From positions 2,290-26,289 of the forward strand of contig JAGAVH010000039.1 in NCBI GenBank assembly GCA_017942025.1: 24,000 nucleotides of DNA, given 5' to 3'. Made by a program: the position numbers and the translations under genes. The notes under the pieces were generated by a model, which saw only the letters and a list, made by a program, of their open reading frames with translations, ran no database searches and was not told the DNA's origin. Each line of letters opens with the position of its first letter. Position 1 is the stretch's first letter. The stretch comes from Ruminiclostridium sp. (GTDB lineage: Bacteria > Bacillota > Clostridia > Oscillospirales > Ruminococcaceae). Shown here piece by piece: positions 6,752 to 17,825 of this stretch.

Positions 6752-6780
6752 ATTTCTTTTTCTGAAAGGATGGTAGGATT

Positions 6781-7731
6781 ATGAAGTATTACATCGGTGT
6801 TGATATCGGCGGTACAAACATCAAGGCAGGAGTAGTTGATGATGAATATAATCTTCTTTCTTCTGTATCAGTAAAGACTAATTCGGTAAATGGTTACGAA
6901 AGTGTTACAGAGGCTATATATGAAGCTATAGAAAAGGCAGTAGCTCAGTCTTTGGTAGCAATGGACGATATAATTTCTATAGGTGTTGGTTGTCCCGGTA
7001 CAATGGATAGCGAAAACGGTGTAGTTCTTTATGCGAATAATCTTCATTGGGAAAACGTGCCTTTGGCAAAGGATATAGAAAAGAAATTCGGCAAAAGAGT
7101 AATACTTGAAAACGACGCCAACGTAGCGGCGTACGGTGAGTTCCTGGCAGGTGCGGCAAAGGGTGCAAGAAACGCAGTCGTGCTGACGCTCGGAACGGGA
7201 GTCGGAGCGGGTATAATCATAAACGGAGAGATATACAGCGGCTCTAATAACGCAGGTGGCGAGATAGGACATACCGTAATAGAGGTTGACGGCTGCCAGT
7301 GTACCTGCGGCAGAAAGGGATGCTTTGAAACCTACGCATCTGCTACAGGTCTTATCCGTATGACAAGAGAAATGATTGAAGAAAGACCTCAGAGCAAAAT
7401 GCGCGAGATGGTAGAACGTGACGGAAAGGTTTCCGCCCGTACCTCCTTCAATGCGGCAAAGCTTGGCGATACCGAGGCAGTTGAAGTAGTCAACAAGTAC
7501 ATAAAGTATCTTGCGGCGGGAATTGCAAATGTTATAAACGTGTTCCAGCCTGATATACTCTGTATCGGCGGTGGTGTATGTAACGAGGGTGATAATCTTC
7601 TTATACCGCTCAAAAAACAGATTGCAGAGCAGATTTACAGCAAAAACAGCAGTAAGAATACCGAAATCGTCATCTGCTCACTTGGTAACAAGGCAGGTAT
7701 GATAGGCAGTGCAATGCTGGGCAGAAAATAA
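6781..7731 (+). CDS. ROK-family glucokinase
   Basis: YYIGVDIGGTNIKAGVVD, LENDANVAAYGEFLAGA, GTGVGAGIIING, GGEIGHTVIEVDGCQCTCGRKGCFETYAS (ROK signature and zinc motif). Confidence 0.92.
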   Translation: MKYYIGVDIGGTNIKAGVVDDEYNLLSSVSVKTNSVNGYESVTEAIYEAIEKAVAQSLVAMDDIISIGVGCPGTMDSENGVVLYANNLHWENVPLAKDIEKKFGKRVILENDANVAAYGEFLAGAAKGARNAVVLTLGTGVGAGIIINGEIYSGSNNAGGEIGHTVIEVDGCQCTCGRKGCFETYASATGLIRMTREMIEERPQSKMREMVERDGKVSARTSFNAAKLGDTEAVEVVNKYIKYLAAGIANVINVFQPDILCIGGGVCNEGDNLLIPLKKQIAEQIYSKNSSKNTEIVICSLGNKAGMIGSAMLGRK

Positions 7732-7791
7732 AATGTCCGATGGGCGAACGTTGTTCGCCCGTCTGTAATTATTGAAAGGAGACGGCTGTAA

Positions 7792-8553
7792 TTGAGTAAC
7801 AAAAAGAATGTACATGAAGGACACAGAAACAGAATGGTAAGCCGTCTCAGAAAAGATGGCGGAGAGCATTTTGAAACCCACGAAATACTCGAAATGCTGT
7901 TATACAACAGCAGTAAAAGATGTAATACAAATCCGACAGCACACAATCTTTTAGATGAATTCGGCTCGCTCACGGGAGTGCTTACAGCCTCTGCCGAGGA
8001 GCTTACAAAGGTTCAGGGAGTAGGCGAAGCAACCGCAAATCTTATACTTACCGTGGGAGAGGTGCTGAGAAGATCACTTCAGGAAAGTGTGATGGTAGGC
8101 GAATGTCTGCGTATTTCAGAGGATGCAAAGAATTTCTGTGCTTCGGTTTTCCATGCGGAACGAAGTGAGCACGTAAGAATGATATTCCTTGACAGTAAAT
8201 ATAATTACGTTTCCCAGGAAATAATATGCAAGGGAAGTATTGAACAGGTAAAGCCTGATATGATGGAGCTTATCGAAAAGGCTATAAGAATGCATTGCCC
8301 GATAGTTATGCTCACTCACAATCATCCTACAGGTAGTGAGATTCCCTCAAAAGAGGACAGAAATCTGACACGAAGTCTTTATAATCTGCTTTTTGGTGCG
8401 GATATATATCTTGCCGACCATATAATCGTAGGAAAATACGGAACACTATCAATGCGTGAGAACAACGCTCTTCCTGATTTGTGGAACGAATTCAGAACAA
8501 AGCGCGAGGAAGAGGAAAAAAAGGAAGAAACAAACAGAAACGAAATGTCTTAA
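7792..8553 (+). CDS. radC: RadC-family (JAMM/MPN+) protein, TTG start
   Basis: HhH-like VQGVGEATANLILTVGEVL; MLTHNHPTGSEIPSKEDRNLTRSL; LADHIIVGKYGTLSMRE. SD aaaggag upstream of the TTG. Confidence 0.92.
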   Translation: MSNKKNVHEGHRNRMVSRLRKDGGEHFETHEILEMLLYNSSKRCNTNPTAHNLLDEFGSLTGVLTASAEELTKVQGVGEATANLILTVGEVLRRSLQESVMVGECLRISEDAKNFCASVFHAERSEHVRMIFLDSKYNYVSQEIICKGSIEQVKPDMMELIEKAIRMHCPIVMLTHNHPTGSEIPSKEDRNLTRSLYNLLFGADIYLADHIIVGKYGTLSMRENNALPDLWNEFRTKREEEEKKEETNRNEMS

Positions 8554-8568
8554 AAAATCGGAGAATTT

Positions 8569-10527
8569 ATGGACAAATTCATTTTACATTCAGATTACAA
8601 GCCTATGGGTGATCAGCCGCAGGCTATAGAAAGTCTTGCAAGAGGCGTGCTTGACGGAAAAAATGAGCAGGTACTCCTCGGCGTCACAGGCTCGGGTAAG
8701 ACCTTCACGATGGCGAATATCATAGAAAAGGTGAATAAGCCTACCCTTATACTCGCCCATAATAAGACTCTGGCGGCACAGCTTTGTACCGAGTTCAAAG
8801 AGTTTTTCCCTGAAAATGCGGTAGAATATTTCGTGTCCTACTATGACTATTACCAGCCTGAAGCCTATATTCCTTCAACTGACGCCTATATAGAAAAGGA
8901 CAGCGCAATAAACGATGAGATAGACAGACTCAGGCATAGCGCAACTGCGGCACTTACAGAGCGCAGGGATGTCATTATAGTAGCCAGCGTTTCCTGTATA
9001 TACAGCCTTGGCAGTCCTGAGGACTACCGTGAAAATATGCTTTCTATCAGAGTAGGGCAGGAATACGGCAGAGACGATATTATAAAAAAGCTTGTAGATA
9101 TACAGTATGAGCGAAATGATATGAACTTTGTCAGAAACAAGTTTAGGGTAAGGGGCGACGTGCTTGAGATATTCCCTGCAGGCGCAACCTCAGACAGAGC
9201 AGTAAGAATAGAATTTTTCGGAGATGAGGTAGACAGAATTTCCGAAATAGATATAGTCACGGGCGAAGTGAAGAATCGTTTTTCTCATGTGGCTATTTTC
9301 CCTGCGTCCCATTATATTGTCGGAAAGGACAGACTCGACAAGGCGTTATCCGATATCTATGACGAGATGGAGGAAAGAGTACAGTATTTTACAGAAAACA
9401 AAAAGCTTATTGAAGCCCAGAGAATAGAACAGCGCACAAAATATGATATGGAAATGCTTCGTGAGATAGGCACCTGTAAGGGTGTTGAAAACTATTCAAG
9501 AGTGCTTTCAGGCAGAGCGCCCGGCAGCTCTCCCATAACTCTTCTGCACCATTTCCCGAAGGATTTTCTGATGTTCATAGATGAAAGCCACGTAACGTTA
9601 CCTCAGGTGAGAGGTATGTTCGGCGGTGACTATGCAAGAAAGAAGAATCTTGTGGACTACGGCTTCCGTCTGCCCTCAGCATATGACAACAGACCGATGA
9701 ATTTCGATGAATTCACATCTCATATAAATCAGGTTATCTACGTTTCCGCAACTCCTGCCGCCTATGAAAGCGAAAGAGCCGAAAACGTAGCGGAGCAGGT
9801 AATAAGACCTACAGGACTGCTTGATCCTATTGTAGAAGTAAAGCCTGTAGAAGGTCAGATAGAGGACTTATATTCCGAGATAAACGAGAGAACCGCCAAG
9901 GGCGAATGTGTGCTTATCACCACCCTTACAAAGAAGATGGCGGAGGACCTTACAAGCTACTATGAAAAAATGGGCGTAAAGATACGCTATATGCACCATG
10001 ATATAGATTCCATCGAAAGAATGGAGATAATAAGAGATTTAAGAATGCACGTATTCGACGTGCTTGTAGGTATCAACCTTTTAAGAGAAGGTCTTGACCT
10101 GCCTGAGGTATCACTTGTTGCAATTCTTGACGCAGATAAGGAGGGCTTTTTAAGAAGCGAGACCTCACTTATCCAGACAATAGGCAGAGCGGCAAGAAAC
10201 GCAGAGGGCAAGGTAATAATGTATGCTGATACTGTGACAGACAGTATGGAAAGGGCGATAACCGAAACCGCAAGACGTCGTGAGATACAGATGCAGTATA
10301 ATGAAGAACACGGCATAGTACCTAAAACAATAGTCAAGGAAGTAAGAGCGGTACTTGAAATCTCATCGGGTAAGGATAGTAACAAGCCCAGAAAGATGAC
10401 AAAGGCACAAAGAGAAGCGCTTATAAAGCAATATACGGCAGAAATGAAGAATGCCGCAAAGCTTCTTGACTTTGAGCATGCCGCATATTTAAGAGATAAG
10501 ATTAAGGAGCTTTCGGAAGAAAAATAA
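8569..10527 (+). CDS. uvrB: Excinuclease ABC subunit B
   Basis: [84 protein letters not shown]-terminal UVR motif. Confidence 0.98.
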   Translation: MDKFILHSDYKPMGDQPQAIESLARGVLDGKNEQVLLGVTGSGKTFTMANIIEKVNKPTLILAHNKTLAAQLCTEFKEFFPENAVEYFVSYYDYYQPEAYIPSTDAYIEKDSAINDEIDRLRHSATAALTERRDVIIVASVSCIYSLGSPEDYRENMLSIRVGQEYGRDDIIKKLVDIQYERNDMNFVRNKFRVRGDVLEIFPAGATSDRAVRIEFFGDEVDRISEIDIVTGEVKNRFSHVAIFPASHYIVGKDRLDKALSDIYDEMEERVQYFTENKKLIEAQRIEQRTKYDMEMLREIGTCKGVENYSRVLSGRAPGSSPITLLHHFPKDFLMFIDESHVTLPQVRGMFGGDYARKKNLVDYGFRLPSAYDNRPMNFDEFTSHINQVIYVSATPAAYESERAENVAEQVIRPTGLLDPIVEVKPVEGQIEDLYSEINERTAKGECVLITTLTKKMAEDLTSYYEKMGVKIRYMHHDIDSIERMEIIRDLRMHVFDVLVGINLLREGLDLPEVSLVAILDADKEGFLRSETSLIQTIGRAARNAEGKVIMYADTVTDSMERAITETARRREIQMQYNEEHGIVPKTIVKEVRAVLEISSGKDSNKPRKMTKAQREALIKQYTAEMKNAAKLLDFEHAAYLRDKIKELSEEK

Positions 10528-10545
10528 AGAAAAGGAGAAACGAAA

Positions 10546-13398
10546 GTGAGCAGGGACAAAATAGTTATAAAGGGAGCAAGAGAACACAATTTAAAGAATG
10601 TAGATATAGAACTGCCCCGTGATAAGCTTATTGTAATGACCGGACTTTCAGGCTCGGGAAAATCCTCTCTTGCCTTTGATACCATATATGCTGACGGTCA
10701 GAGAAGATATATAGAAAGCCTCTCTTCCTATGCAAGAATGTTTTTAGGACAGATGGAAAAGCCTGACGTTGACAGTATAGAGGGCTTATCTCCCGCTATC
10801 TCTATAGACCAGAAGACTACCTCAAAAAACCCCCGTTCAACGGTTGGTACGGTAACCGAGATATATGACTATCTTCGTCTGCTCTACGCAAGAGTAGGCG
10901 TACCCCATTGTCCTGTCTGCGGTAAGGAGATAAAACAGCAGACGGTAGACCAGATAGTTGATAAGATAATGGCTCTCCCTGAAAGAACAAAGTTTCAGGT
11001 TATGTCACCCATTGTAAGAGGCAGAAAGGGTGAATATAAAAAAGAATTTGAGGACCTTATAAAGCAGGGCTATGCAAGAGTCAGAGTTGATGGTATAATC
11101 TACGATTTATCCGAACAGATACCTCTTGATAAAAACAAAAAGCATAACATTGAGGTGGTTGTTGACCGCCTTATACTGAAGGAGGATATCAGAACAAGAC
11201 TTACTGACAGCATAGAGGTTGCAGGAAAGCTTTCTGAGGGACTTATCCTGATAGACGTAATAGACGGTGAAGAAATGCTCTTTTCTCAGAATTACGCCTG
11301 CCCCGAACACGGTGTAAGCATAGAAGAGCTGGTACCCCGTATGTTTTCCTTCAATAATCCCTTCGGTGCTTGTCCTACCTGTACAGGCCTTGGAATACAC
11401 AAGACTATAGATGAAAATCTTATAATTCCGAATATGGAGCTTTCGGTAAAGGAAAATGCCATAAGAGCCAGCGGCTGGAAATATGCCGACGGAACAATAG
11501 CACAGATGTATTTTGAAGCTGTTGCAAGAGAATATGGATTTTCTGTTGAAACTCCCTTAAAGGACCTTGAAAGAAATCAGATAGAGGCTCTGCTTTACGG
11601 TACGGGCGATAAGAAGATAAAGGTAGTAAGAAGCAGCGAGCAGGGCGGCGGTGAATATATGACCGTCTTTGAGGGTGTAATAAATAATCTTGAACGCCGC
11701 TACAGAGAAACCCAGAGTAGCTATTCAAGAGAAGATATAGCGCAGTATATGGGTGATACCACCTGTCCCGATTGTCACGGACAAAGACTCAGAAAAGAGG
11801 CGCTTTGCGTTACCGTTGCTGATAAGAATATCAATGATTTCTGTAATATGAGTATTTCTGATGCTCTGGATTTTGTAAACTCAGTTGAGCTTTCAGAACG
11901 TGATATGATGATAGCAAAGCAGATTTTAAAGGAGATAAGGGAAAGACTCGGCTTTTTACAGAGTGTAGGACTTGAATATCTCACTTTATCACGTAGTGCA
12001 GGCACCTTATCAGGCGGCGAAAGCCAGAGAATAAGACTTGCCACCCAGATAGGCAGTTACCTTATGGGAGTGCTTTATATCCTTGACGAGCCGAGTATCG
12101 GACTGCATCAGAGAGATAACGACAAGCTGATTGCTACACTCCGCCATCTGCGTGATTTAGGTAATACCCTCATTGTCGTAGAACATGACGAGGACACTAT
12201 GAGAGCCGCAGACTACGTGGTGGATATAGGTCCGGGTGCAGGTGTACACGGCGGTGAAATAATCTGTGCAGGTAGCCTTCAGGACATTATGGACTGTGAG
12301 CGTTCTATAACAGGACAGTATTTAAGCGGCAGACTGAAAATAGAAATACCCGAAAAGAGAAGAGAGCTTACCGGTAAATGGCTTACTGTAAAGGGCGCAA
12401 GAGAGAACAATCTTAAAGATATTACGGTAAAGATACCACTCGGTATATTTACCTGCATAACGGGTGTATCGGGTAGCGGCAAAAGCTCACTTATAAACGA
12501 GATTGTGTATAAGCACCTTGTGGCAAAGCTCAATCGTGCAAGAGTAAGAGCAGGGGACTTTGACAGTATAAGCGGTGTAAGTCACCTTGATAAGGTGATT
12601 GCAATAGATCAGTCCCCCATAGGCAGAACTCCCCGTTCTAACCCCGCTACCTATACAGGCGTATTCAGCGATATAAGAGACCTTTTTGCTCAGACCAACG
12701 ACGCAAAAATGCGCGGCTATACCCAGGGACGCTTCTCCTTCAATATCAAGGGCGGCAGATGCGAAGCCTGCGAGGGCGACGGTATCAAGAAGATAGAGAT
12801 GCACTTCTTACCCGATATATACGTACCCTGCGAGGTCTGCAAGGGACACCGCTACAACAGAGAAACCCTTGAAGTAAAGTACAAGGGTAAAAACATCTAT
12901 GATGTGCTTGAAATGACGGTAGAGGACGGACTTGCCTTTTTCGAAAATCACGAAAAGATACGCCGCAAGCTCCAGACTCTTTACGATGTGGGACTGGGCT
13001 ATGTCAAGATAGGACAGCCGGCAACCACTCTTTCAGGCGGTGAGGCACAGAGAGTAAAGCTTGCTACAGAGCTTTCGAAGAGAGCTACGGGAAAGACGGT
13101 ATATATCCTTGACGAGCCTACAACGGGACTTCACACAGCGGATGTACACAAGCTGATTGAAGTACTTCAGAAGCTGACTGACGGTGGAAATACCGTGCTT
13201 GTCATAGAGCATAACCTTGATGTTATCAAGACTGCCGATTATATCATTGATATGGGACCCGAGGGCGGCGACAAGGGCGGTATAGTGATAGCAAGCGGTA
13301 CCCCCGAAGAAGTAGCGGCAACGGATATTTCTTATACAGGAAAATATCTGGCGCCTCTTCTCGGCATTAAAAGGGATGAACAGCAATTCTTAGAATAG
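10546..13398 (+). CDS. uvrA: Excinuclease ABC subunit A, GTG start
   Basis: [63 protein letters not shown]; two ABC signatures ([24 protein letters not shown]); zinc motifs. Confidence 0.98.
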   Translation: MSRDKIVIKGAREHNLKNVDIELPRDKLIVMTGLSGSGKSSLAFDTIYADGQRRYIESLSSYARMFLGQMEKPDVDSIEGLSPAISIDQKTTSKNPRSTVGTVTEIYDYLRLLYARVGVPHCPVCGKEIKQQTVDQIVDKIMALPERTKFQVMSPIVRGRKGEYKKEFEDLIKQGYARVRVDGIIYDLSEQIPLDKNKKHNIEVVVDRLILKEDIRTRLTDSIEVAGKLSEGLILIDVIDGEEMLFSQNYACPEHGVSIEELVPRMFSFNNPFGACPTCTGLGIHKTIDENLIIPNMELSVKENAIRASGWKYADGTIAQMYFEAVAREYGFSVETPLKDLERNQIEALLYGTGDKKIKVVRSSEQGGGEYMTVFEGVINNLERRYRETQSSYSREDIAQYMGDTTCPDCHGQRLRKEALCVTVADKNINDFCNMSISDALDFVNSVELSERDMMIAKQILKEIRERLGFLQSVGLEYLTLSRSAGTLSGGESQRIRLATQIGSYLMGVLYILDEPSIGLHQRDNDKLIATLRHLRDLGNTLIVVEHDEDTMRAADYVVDIGPGAGVHGGEIICAGSLQDIMDCERSITGQYLSGRLKIEIPEKRRELTGKWLTVKGARENNLKDITVKIPLGIFTCITGVSGSGKSSLINEIVYKHLVAKLNRARVRAGDFDSISGVSHLDKVIAIDQSPIGRTPRSNPATYTGVFSDIRDLFAQTNDAKMRGYTQGRFSFNIKGGRCEACEGDGIKKIEMHFLPDIYVPCEVCKGHRYNRETLEVKYKGKNIYDVLEMTVEDGLAFFENHEKIRRKLQTLYDVGLGYVKIGQPATTLSGGEAQRVKLATELSKRATGKTVYILDEPTTGLHTADVHKLIEVLQKLTDGGNTVLVIEHNLDVIKTADYIIDMGPEGGDKGGIVIASGTPEEVAATDISYTGKYLAPLLGIKRDEQQFLE

Positions 13399-13492
13399 AA
13401 ATTTCAAAAAGCTGAAAAAAACTCTTGTAACTTCGGGCAAAATATGATATACTTTAATGTGAATATAAATTGAGCGAGAGCAAAAGAAAGGA

Positions 13493-14734
13493 ATGGTCAC
13501 AGATATGGCTAAAATAGCAGTTCTGGGCTACGGCGTTGTCGGTTCGGGAACAGTCGAAGTAATTTATAAAAATCAGCAGGGACTTGAAAAGAAGGCAGGT
13601 CAGGGTATAGAGGTTAAATATATCCTTGATTTAAGAGATTTTCCCGATAGTCCCTACGCAGATAAATTCACAAAGGATTTTAATGTAATAGTAAACGACC
13701 CTGAAATAGATGTGGTTGTAGAAGTGCTTGGCGGTGTAAAGTTTGCATATCCTTATGTAAAAGCGTCGCTTGAAGCAGGAAAGAGTGTAGTTACATCAAA
13801 TAAGGAGCTGGTTGCTACCTACGGTGCAGAGCTTCTCTCAATAGCAAAGGAAAAGAATATAAACTTCTTCTTTGAAGCAAGTGTAGGCGGTGGTATTCCT
13901 ATCATCAGACCTTTACACCAGTGCCTTTCCGCAAACCGCATCGAAGAGATTGCAGGTATCTTAAACGGCACTACAAACTTTATCCTTACAAAGATGATAA
14001 GAGATAATATGGGCTTTGACGAGGCTCTTAAAATAGCGCAGGAGCTTGGCTATGCCGAGCGTGATCCTTCCGCTGACGTTGACGGTATCGACGCTTGCAG
14101 AAAGATATGCATACTCGCATCCCTTTCCTTCGGCAGACACGTATATCCCGATAACATCCACACAGAGGGTATCACAAAGATAACACCTGAGGACGTTGCC
14201 TACTGTGAAAACTTCGGCGGTGCTATAAAGCTTATCGGCTGGGCGGCAAGACAGGAAGATGACAAAATTGCAATTATGGTATGTCCCGCCTTCATTCACG
14301 AGGATAGCCAGCTTGCAGGCGTAAACGACGTATTCAATGCCATTCTTGTAAGAGGCGACTCTACGGGTGACGTAGTATTCTACGGCAAGGGCGCAGGTAA
14401 GCTCCCCACGGCAAGTGCTGTAGTTGCTGACGTTGTTGACGTGGTAAAGGCTACAGGTACTTCAAAGTCACTTCGCTGGGAGGACAGCGAGCAGGATTTC
14501 ATCGAAGCTACAGAAAATATTGTATGCGAAAATTACATAAGAGTAAGCGGCACAGATAAGTCCCTTATCGAATATCTTTTCGGTGAGGTAGCATATCTTT
14601 CAAGAAAGGGCGCGCCTGCTGACGAGCTTGCATTCACAACCACAGCTATAAGCGAAAAGGAATGCGGCGAAAAGCTCATCGAGCTTCAGAAGAAGGCAAC
14701 CCTTCTGGGACGTATCAGAATACTCAATTATTAA
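13493..14734 (+). CDS. hom: Homoserine dehydrogenase (true start probably ATG at 13505)
   Basis: MAKIAVLGYGVVGSGTVEVI, VTSNKELVATYGAELL, FFEASVGGGIPIIRPLHQCLSANRIEEIAGILNGTTNFILTKM, AQELGYAERDPSADVDGIDACRKICILASLSF. Confidence 0.95.
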   Translation: MVTDMAKIAVLGYGVVGSGTVEVIYKNQQGLEKKAGQGIEVKYILDLRDFPDSPYADKFTKDFNVIVNDPEIDVVVEVLGGVKFAYPYVKASLEAGKSVVTSNKELVATYGAELLSIAKEKNINFFFEASVGGGIPIIRPLHQCLSANRIEEIAGILNGTTNFILTKMIRDNMGFDEALKIAQELGYAERDPSADVDGIDACRKICILASLSFGRHVYPDNIHTEGITKITPEDVAYCENFGGAIKLIGWAARQEDDKIAIMVCPAFIHEDSQLAGVNDVFNAILVRGDSTGDVVFYGKGAGKLPTASAVVADVVDVVKATGTSKSLRWEDSEQDFIEATENIVCENYIRVSGTDKSLIEYLFGEVAYLSRKGAPADELAFTTTAISEKECGEKLIELQKKATLLGRIRILNY

Positions 14735-14775
14735 AAAGCATAACTTTATCTTAACTTGCGAAAGGAAACATCCTG

Positions 14776-15486
14776 ATGGAAAAACAGCTTAAATACAAGA
14801 GAATACTTTTAAAGCTCAGCGGCGAGGCACTTGCCGGTGAAAAGAAGATGGGACTTGATATCCCCACAATAACAGAAATCTGCAAAAGCATAAAGAAGTG
14901 CTCCGACGCAGGCGCACAGATAGGTATTGTAGTAGGCGGCGGCAACTACTGGAGAGGTCGCTCCAGCGATACAATGGACAGAGTAAGAGCAGACCACATA
15001 GGTATGCTGGCAACAGCTATGAACGCACTTGCGGTAGCTGACGTTCTTGAAGGACTCGGCTGTGAGGTAAGAGTTCAGACTGCCATTGATATGAAGCAGA
15101 TTGCAGAGCCTTACATCAGACAGAAGACATTAAGACACTTTGAAAAGGGCAGAATCGTAATCTTCGGCTGCGGTACCGGTAGCCCCTTCTTCTCAACAGA
15201 CAGTGCGGCGGCTTTAAGAGCGGCTGAGATAAACGCAGATATACTGCTCAAGGCTACAATGGTTGACGGTATCTATGATAAGGACCCTCACAAGTATGCA
15301 GACGCAGTAAAGTACGATACACTTTCCCACCACGAGATACTTGTTCACAGCTTAAAGGTTATGGACAGTGCGGCGGCGGCAATGTGCAGTGATAACAAGA
15401 CACCTATTTTAGTATTCGATTTAAGCAGACCTGACAACATCTATGACGCGGTTATGGGTGAAAAGGTAGGTACAGTAGTAAGCTAA
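14776..15486 (+). CDS. pyrH: UMP kinase (uridylate kinase)
   Basis: [87 protein letters not shown]. Confidence 0.97.
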   Translation: MEKQLKYKRILLKLSGEALAGEKKMGLDIPTITEICKSIKKCSDAGAQIGIVVGGGNYWRGRSSDTMDRVRADHIGMLATAMNALAVADVLEGLGCEVRVQTAIDMKQIAEPYIRQKTLRHFEKGRIVIFGCGTGSPFFSTDSAAALRAAEINADILLKATMVDGIYDKDPHKYADAVKYDTLSHHEILVHSLKVMDSAAAAMCSDNKTPILVFDLSRPDNIYDAVMGEKVGTVVS

Positions 15487-15545
15487 GTAACAAAGGCGAT
15501 GGATATCGCATAAATAAACGGATTAACTGAAAGGAATAAAAAATT

Positions 15546-16100
15546 ATGAAGGCTACAATCAACACAGCAAAAGAAAAAATGGAAAAGTGCGTTGCAGCTC
15601 TTGAAAATGAATTTGCAACCATCCGTGCAGGAAGAGCAAATCCCGCTGTTCTTGACAAGATTACAGTAGATTATTACGGAGTGCCCACACAGATCAACGC
15701 TATGGCGGCTGTATCTGTTGCAGAAGCAAGAATCCTTGTTATCACCCCCTGGGACGCTTCGACATTAAAATCCATAGAAAAAGCAATTCTTGCAAGCGAT
15801 ATCGGTATAACACCTACAAATGACGGCAAAGCTATCCGTATAGTATTCCCCCAGCTTACAGAAGAAAGAAGAAAGGAACTCTGCAAGCAGATAAAGAAGA
15901 TGGGTGAGGACAGCAAGGTAGCAATAAGAAACGTTCGTCGTGACGCTATGGATAAGCTGAAGGCTATGAAGAAGAATTCTGAAATCACAGAGGATGATTT
16001 AAAGGACTGCGAAAAGAAGGTTCAGGATCACACAGACAAGTTCTGCGATAAGATCGACAGTGTTTGCGCAGATAAAGAAAAGGAAATAATGACGGTATAA
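15546..16100 (+). CDS. frr: Ribosome recycling factor
   Basis: MEKCVAALENEFATIRAGRANPAVLDKITVDYYGVPTQINAMAAVSVAEARILVITPWD; IRIVFPQLTEERRKELCKQIKKMGE. Confidence 0.97.
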   Translation: MKATINTAKEKMEKCVAALENEFATIRAGRANPAVLDKITVDYYGVPTQINAMAAVSVAEARILVITPWDASTLKSIEKAILASDIGITPTNDGKAIRIVFPQLTEERRKELCKQIKKMGEDSKVAIRNVRRDAMDKLKAMKKNSEITEDDLKDCEKKVQDHTDKFCDKIDSVCADKEKEIMTV

Positions 16101-16102
16101 AA

Positions 16103-16822
16103 TTGGCAGAGAAAGTTTTACCTAAGGAGCAGATGCCCTTACACGTGGGCATAATAATGGATGGTAACGGCAGGTGGGCTAAAAAAAGAGGCTTGCCACG
16201 TACCGCAGGTCATGCTCAGGGTGCAAAGGTTTTTAAGAAAACTGTGGAATGGTGCAGAGAGCTTGGTATAAAATATGCCACCTTCTATGCCTTTTCAACA
16301 GAGAACTGGAAGCGCCCCAAAGAAGAAGTTGACGCCATTATGGACCTGCTTAACAAATACCTTGATGACATAAGAAAAATGTCCCAGAAGAATACGAGAA
16401 TAATTTTTCTCGGTGATAAGGGAGCATTTTCTGACGAGGTGGCGGCACGTCTTACCGAAATAGAAGAGGTGTCGGCCGCAAATGACGGTCTTTATGTCCT
16501 TGTTGCGCTCAATTATGGCGGCAGAGATGAAATAGTATCAGCCGCAAAGCGCATTGCCGAGGAATATAAGAGCGGAAAAATAAGTATAGATGATATAGAC
16601 GAGATATCCTTTGAAAATTATCTGTACACGAAGGGGATACCTCCTGCTGATCTTATTATAAGACCCAGCGGAGAACAGCGAACATCCAATTTCCTTGTAT
16701 GGCAGGCGGCTTATGCCGAGCTTGTGTTTATGGATGTCCTCTGGCCCGATTTTTCAAAAAAGGATCTTACAGCGGCGTGTGAAGAATATATGTTGCGCAA
16801 CCGCAGATTCGGTGGAGTCTGA
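16103..16822 (+). CDS. uppS: Isoprenyl transferase (undecaprenyl diphosphate synthase family)
   Basis: PLHVGIIMDGNGRWAKKRGLPRTAGHAQG, YATFYAFSTENWKRPKEEV, DLIIRPSGEQRTSNFLVWQAAYAELVF. Start site uncertain (TTG 16103 or ATG 16133). Confidence 0.95.
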   Translation: MAEKVLPKEQMPLHVGIIMDGNGRWAKKRGLPRTAGHAQGAKVFKKTVEWCRELGIKYATFYAFSTENWKRPKEEVDAIMDLLNKYLDDIRKMSQKNTRIIFLGDKGAFSDEVAARLTEIEEVSAANDGLYVLVALNYGGRDEIVSAAKRIAEEYKSGKISIDDIDEISFENYLYTKGIPPADLIIRPSGEQRTSNFLVWQAAYAELVFMDVLWPDFSKKDLTAACEEYMLRNRRFGGV

Positions 16823-16843
16823 TCCTTTTGGAAAGGAATATGA

Positions 16844-17695
16844 ATGGCAAAAAGACTATTATCAGCGGCTATAGCGATACCAATCGGACTTGTCGTTGTA
16901 ATTCTCAATAATGAGCTTGTTTATTATATAGCTATGACATTGCTTTCGGTAATGGCAGTGTATGAGCTTTTAATGGCGACCAAGTATCTGAAAAACAAGC
17001 TTTTATCAGCACTCAGCCTTGTTTTCGTGGCGATAATACCCTTTGTTTACTGGATAGATGCATTAAGACAGCATGTAAAGCTTTTTTATCTGTGTTTTAT
17101 AATTCTGCTTGCATTTACGATGATAATAAAGCACGAAAGAGTAAAATTTGAGCAGGTGGCTTTAGTCTCCTTTGTATCTCTTGCAATACCGCTGGCTCTT
17201 AACACTCTTTCTTTTATAAGAACGAATTTTCCCCAGCACGCAATGTTTTATATTGTTTATATAATGCTCAGCGTATGGGTAGGAGATGCAGGCGCCTACT
17301 TTGTAGGAACCTTCCTCGGTAAGCATAAGATGTGCCCCAAGATAAGTCCCAAAAAGACCTGGGAGGGATTTGTCGGCGGCATTGTGACAACCGGTGTAGT
17401 TGCATTTATCAGTTGCTTTGTATATGAGCTTATTGATTCTGCTATAAACAACGGTGTTCATACATTCAGCGTAAATTATCCGTATCTTGTGGGACTTTCC
17501 CTTGTGCTTTCTGTACTGGGTGTGCTTGGCGACCTTTCTGCGTCTCTTATCAAGAGAGAATGCTCGGTAAAGGATTTCGGCAATATTCTCCCCGGACACG
17601 GAGGCGTGCTGGACAGATTTGACAGCGTACTTTTTGCGGCACCCTTTGCATATATGTTATTCCAGATGTTTGCGCCTATTACCCAGATAATCTAA
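16844..17695 (+). CDS. cdsA: Phosphatidate cytidylyltransferase
   Basis: Multi-TM protein with WVGDAGAYFVGTFLGKHKMCPKISPKKTWEGFVGG and GDLSASLIKRECSVKDFGNILPGHGGVLDRFDS signature. Confidence 0.95.
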   Translation: MAKRLLSAAIAIPIGLVVVILNNELVYYIAMTLLSVMAVYELLMATKYLKNKLLSALSLVFVAIIPFVYWIDALRQHVKLFYLCFIILLAFTMIIKHERVKFEQVALVSFVSLAIPLALNTLSFIRTNFPQHAMFYIVYIMLSVWVGDAGAYFVGTFLGKHKMCPKISPKKTWEGFVGGIVTTGVVAFISCFVYELIDSAINNGVHTFSVNYPYLVGLSLVLSVLGVLGDLSASLIKRECSVKDFGNILPGHGGVLDRFDSVLFAAPFAYMLFQMFAPITQII

Positions 17696-17718
17696 GTTAG
17701 AACTATTAAGTAAAGACT

Positions 17719-17748
17719 CAATGCCGAAGTAAAACACCTTCGGCATTG
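17719..17748 (+). terminator. Terminator/attenuator-like hairpin between cdsA and dxr
   Basis: caatgccgaag-taaaacac-cttcggcattg (11 bp stem) followed by tttg. Confidence 0.55.
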
Positions 17749-17825
17749 TTTGTCATATTGATTACTTCGTTTCAGTAATATGTTAGTATGTTGCTGTTTT
17801 AAATCCCTGAAATGAGGAGATAAAA

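Noticed and set aside
9987-10685. 232 aa antisense ORF overlapping the uvrB 3' end and uvrA start
   Set aside because: Length is notable, but it lies fully antisense to conserved UvrB/UvrA motifs. Leu/Ser/Ile-rich composition is typical of the reverse frame of AAG/GAA-rich coding DNA.
10546-13386. Antisense ORFs inside uvrA (11107..11400, 11420..11728, 11775..12044, 12487..12804, 13033..13386)
   Set aside because: Shadow ORFs opposite a strongly supported conserved CDS; low-complexity Cys/Tyr/Ser-rich translations with no domain features.
13424-13454. Promoter upstream of hom (ttgtaa ... tatact)
   Set aside because: Spacer would be 19 bp with a weak -35; not strong enough to list as a feature.
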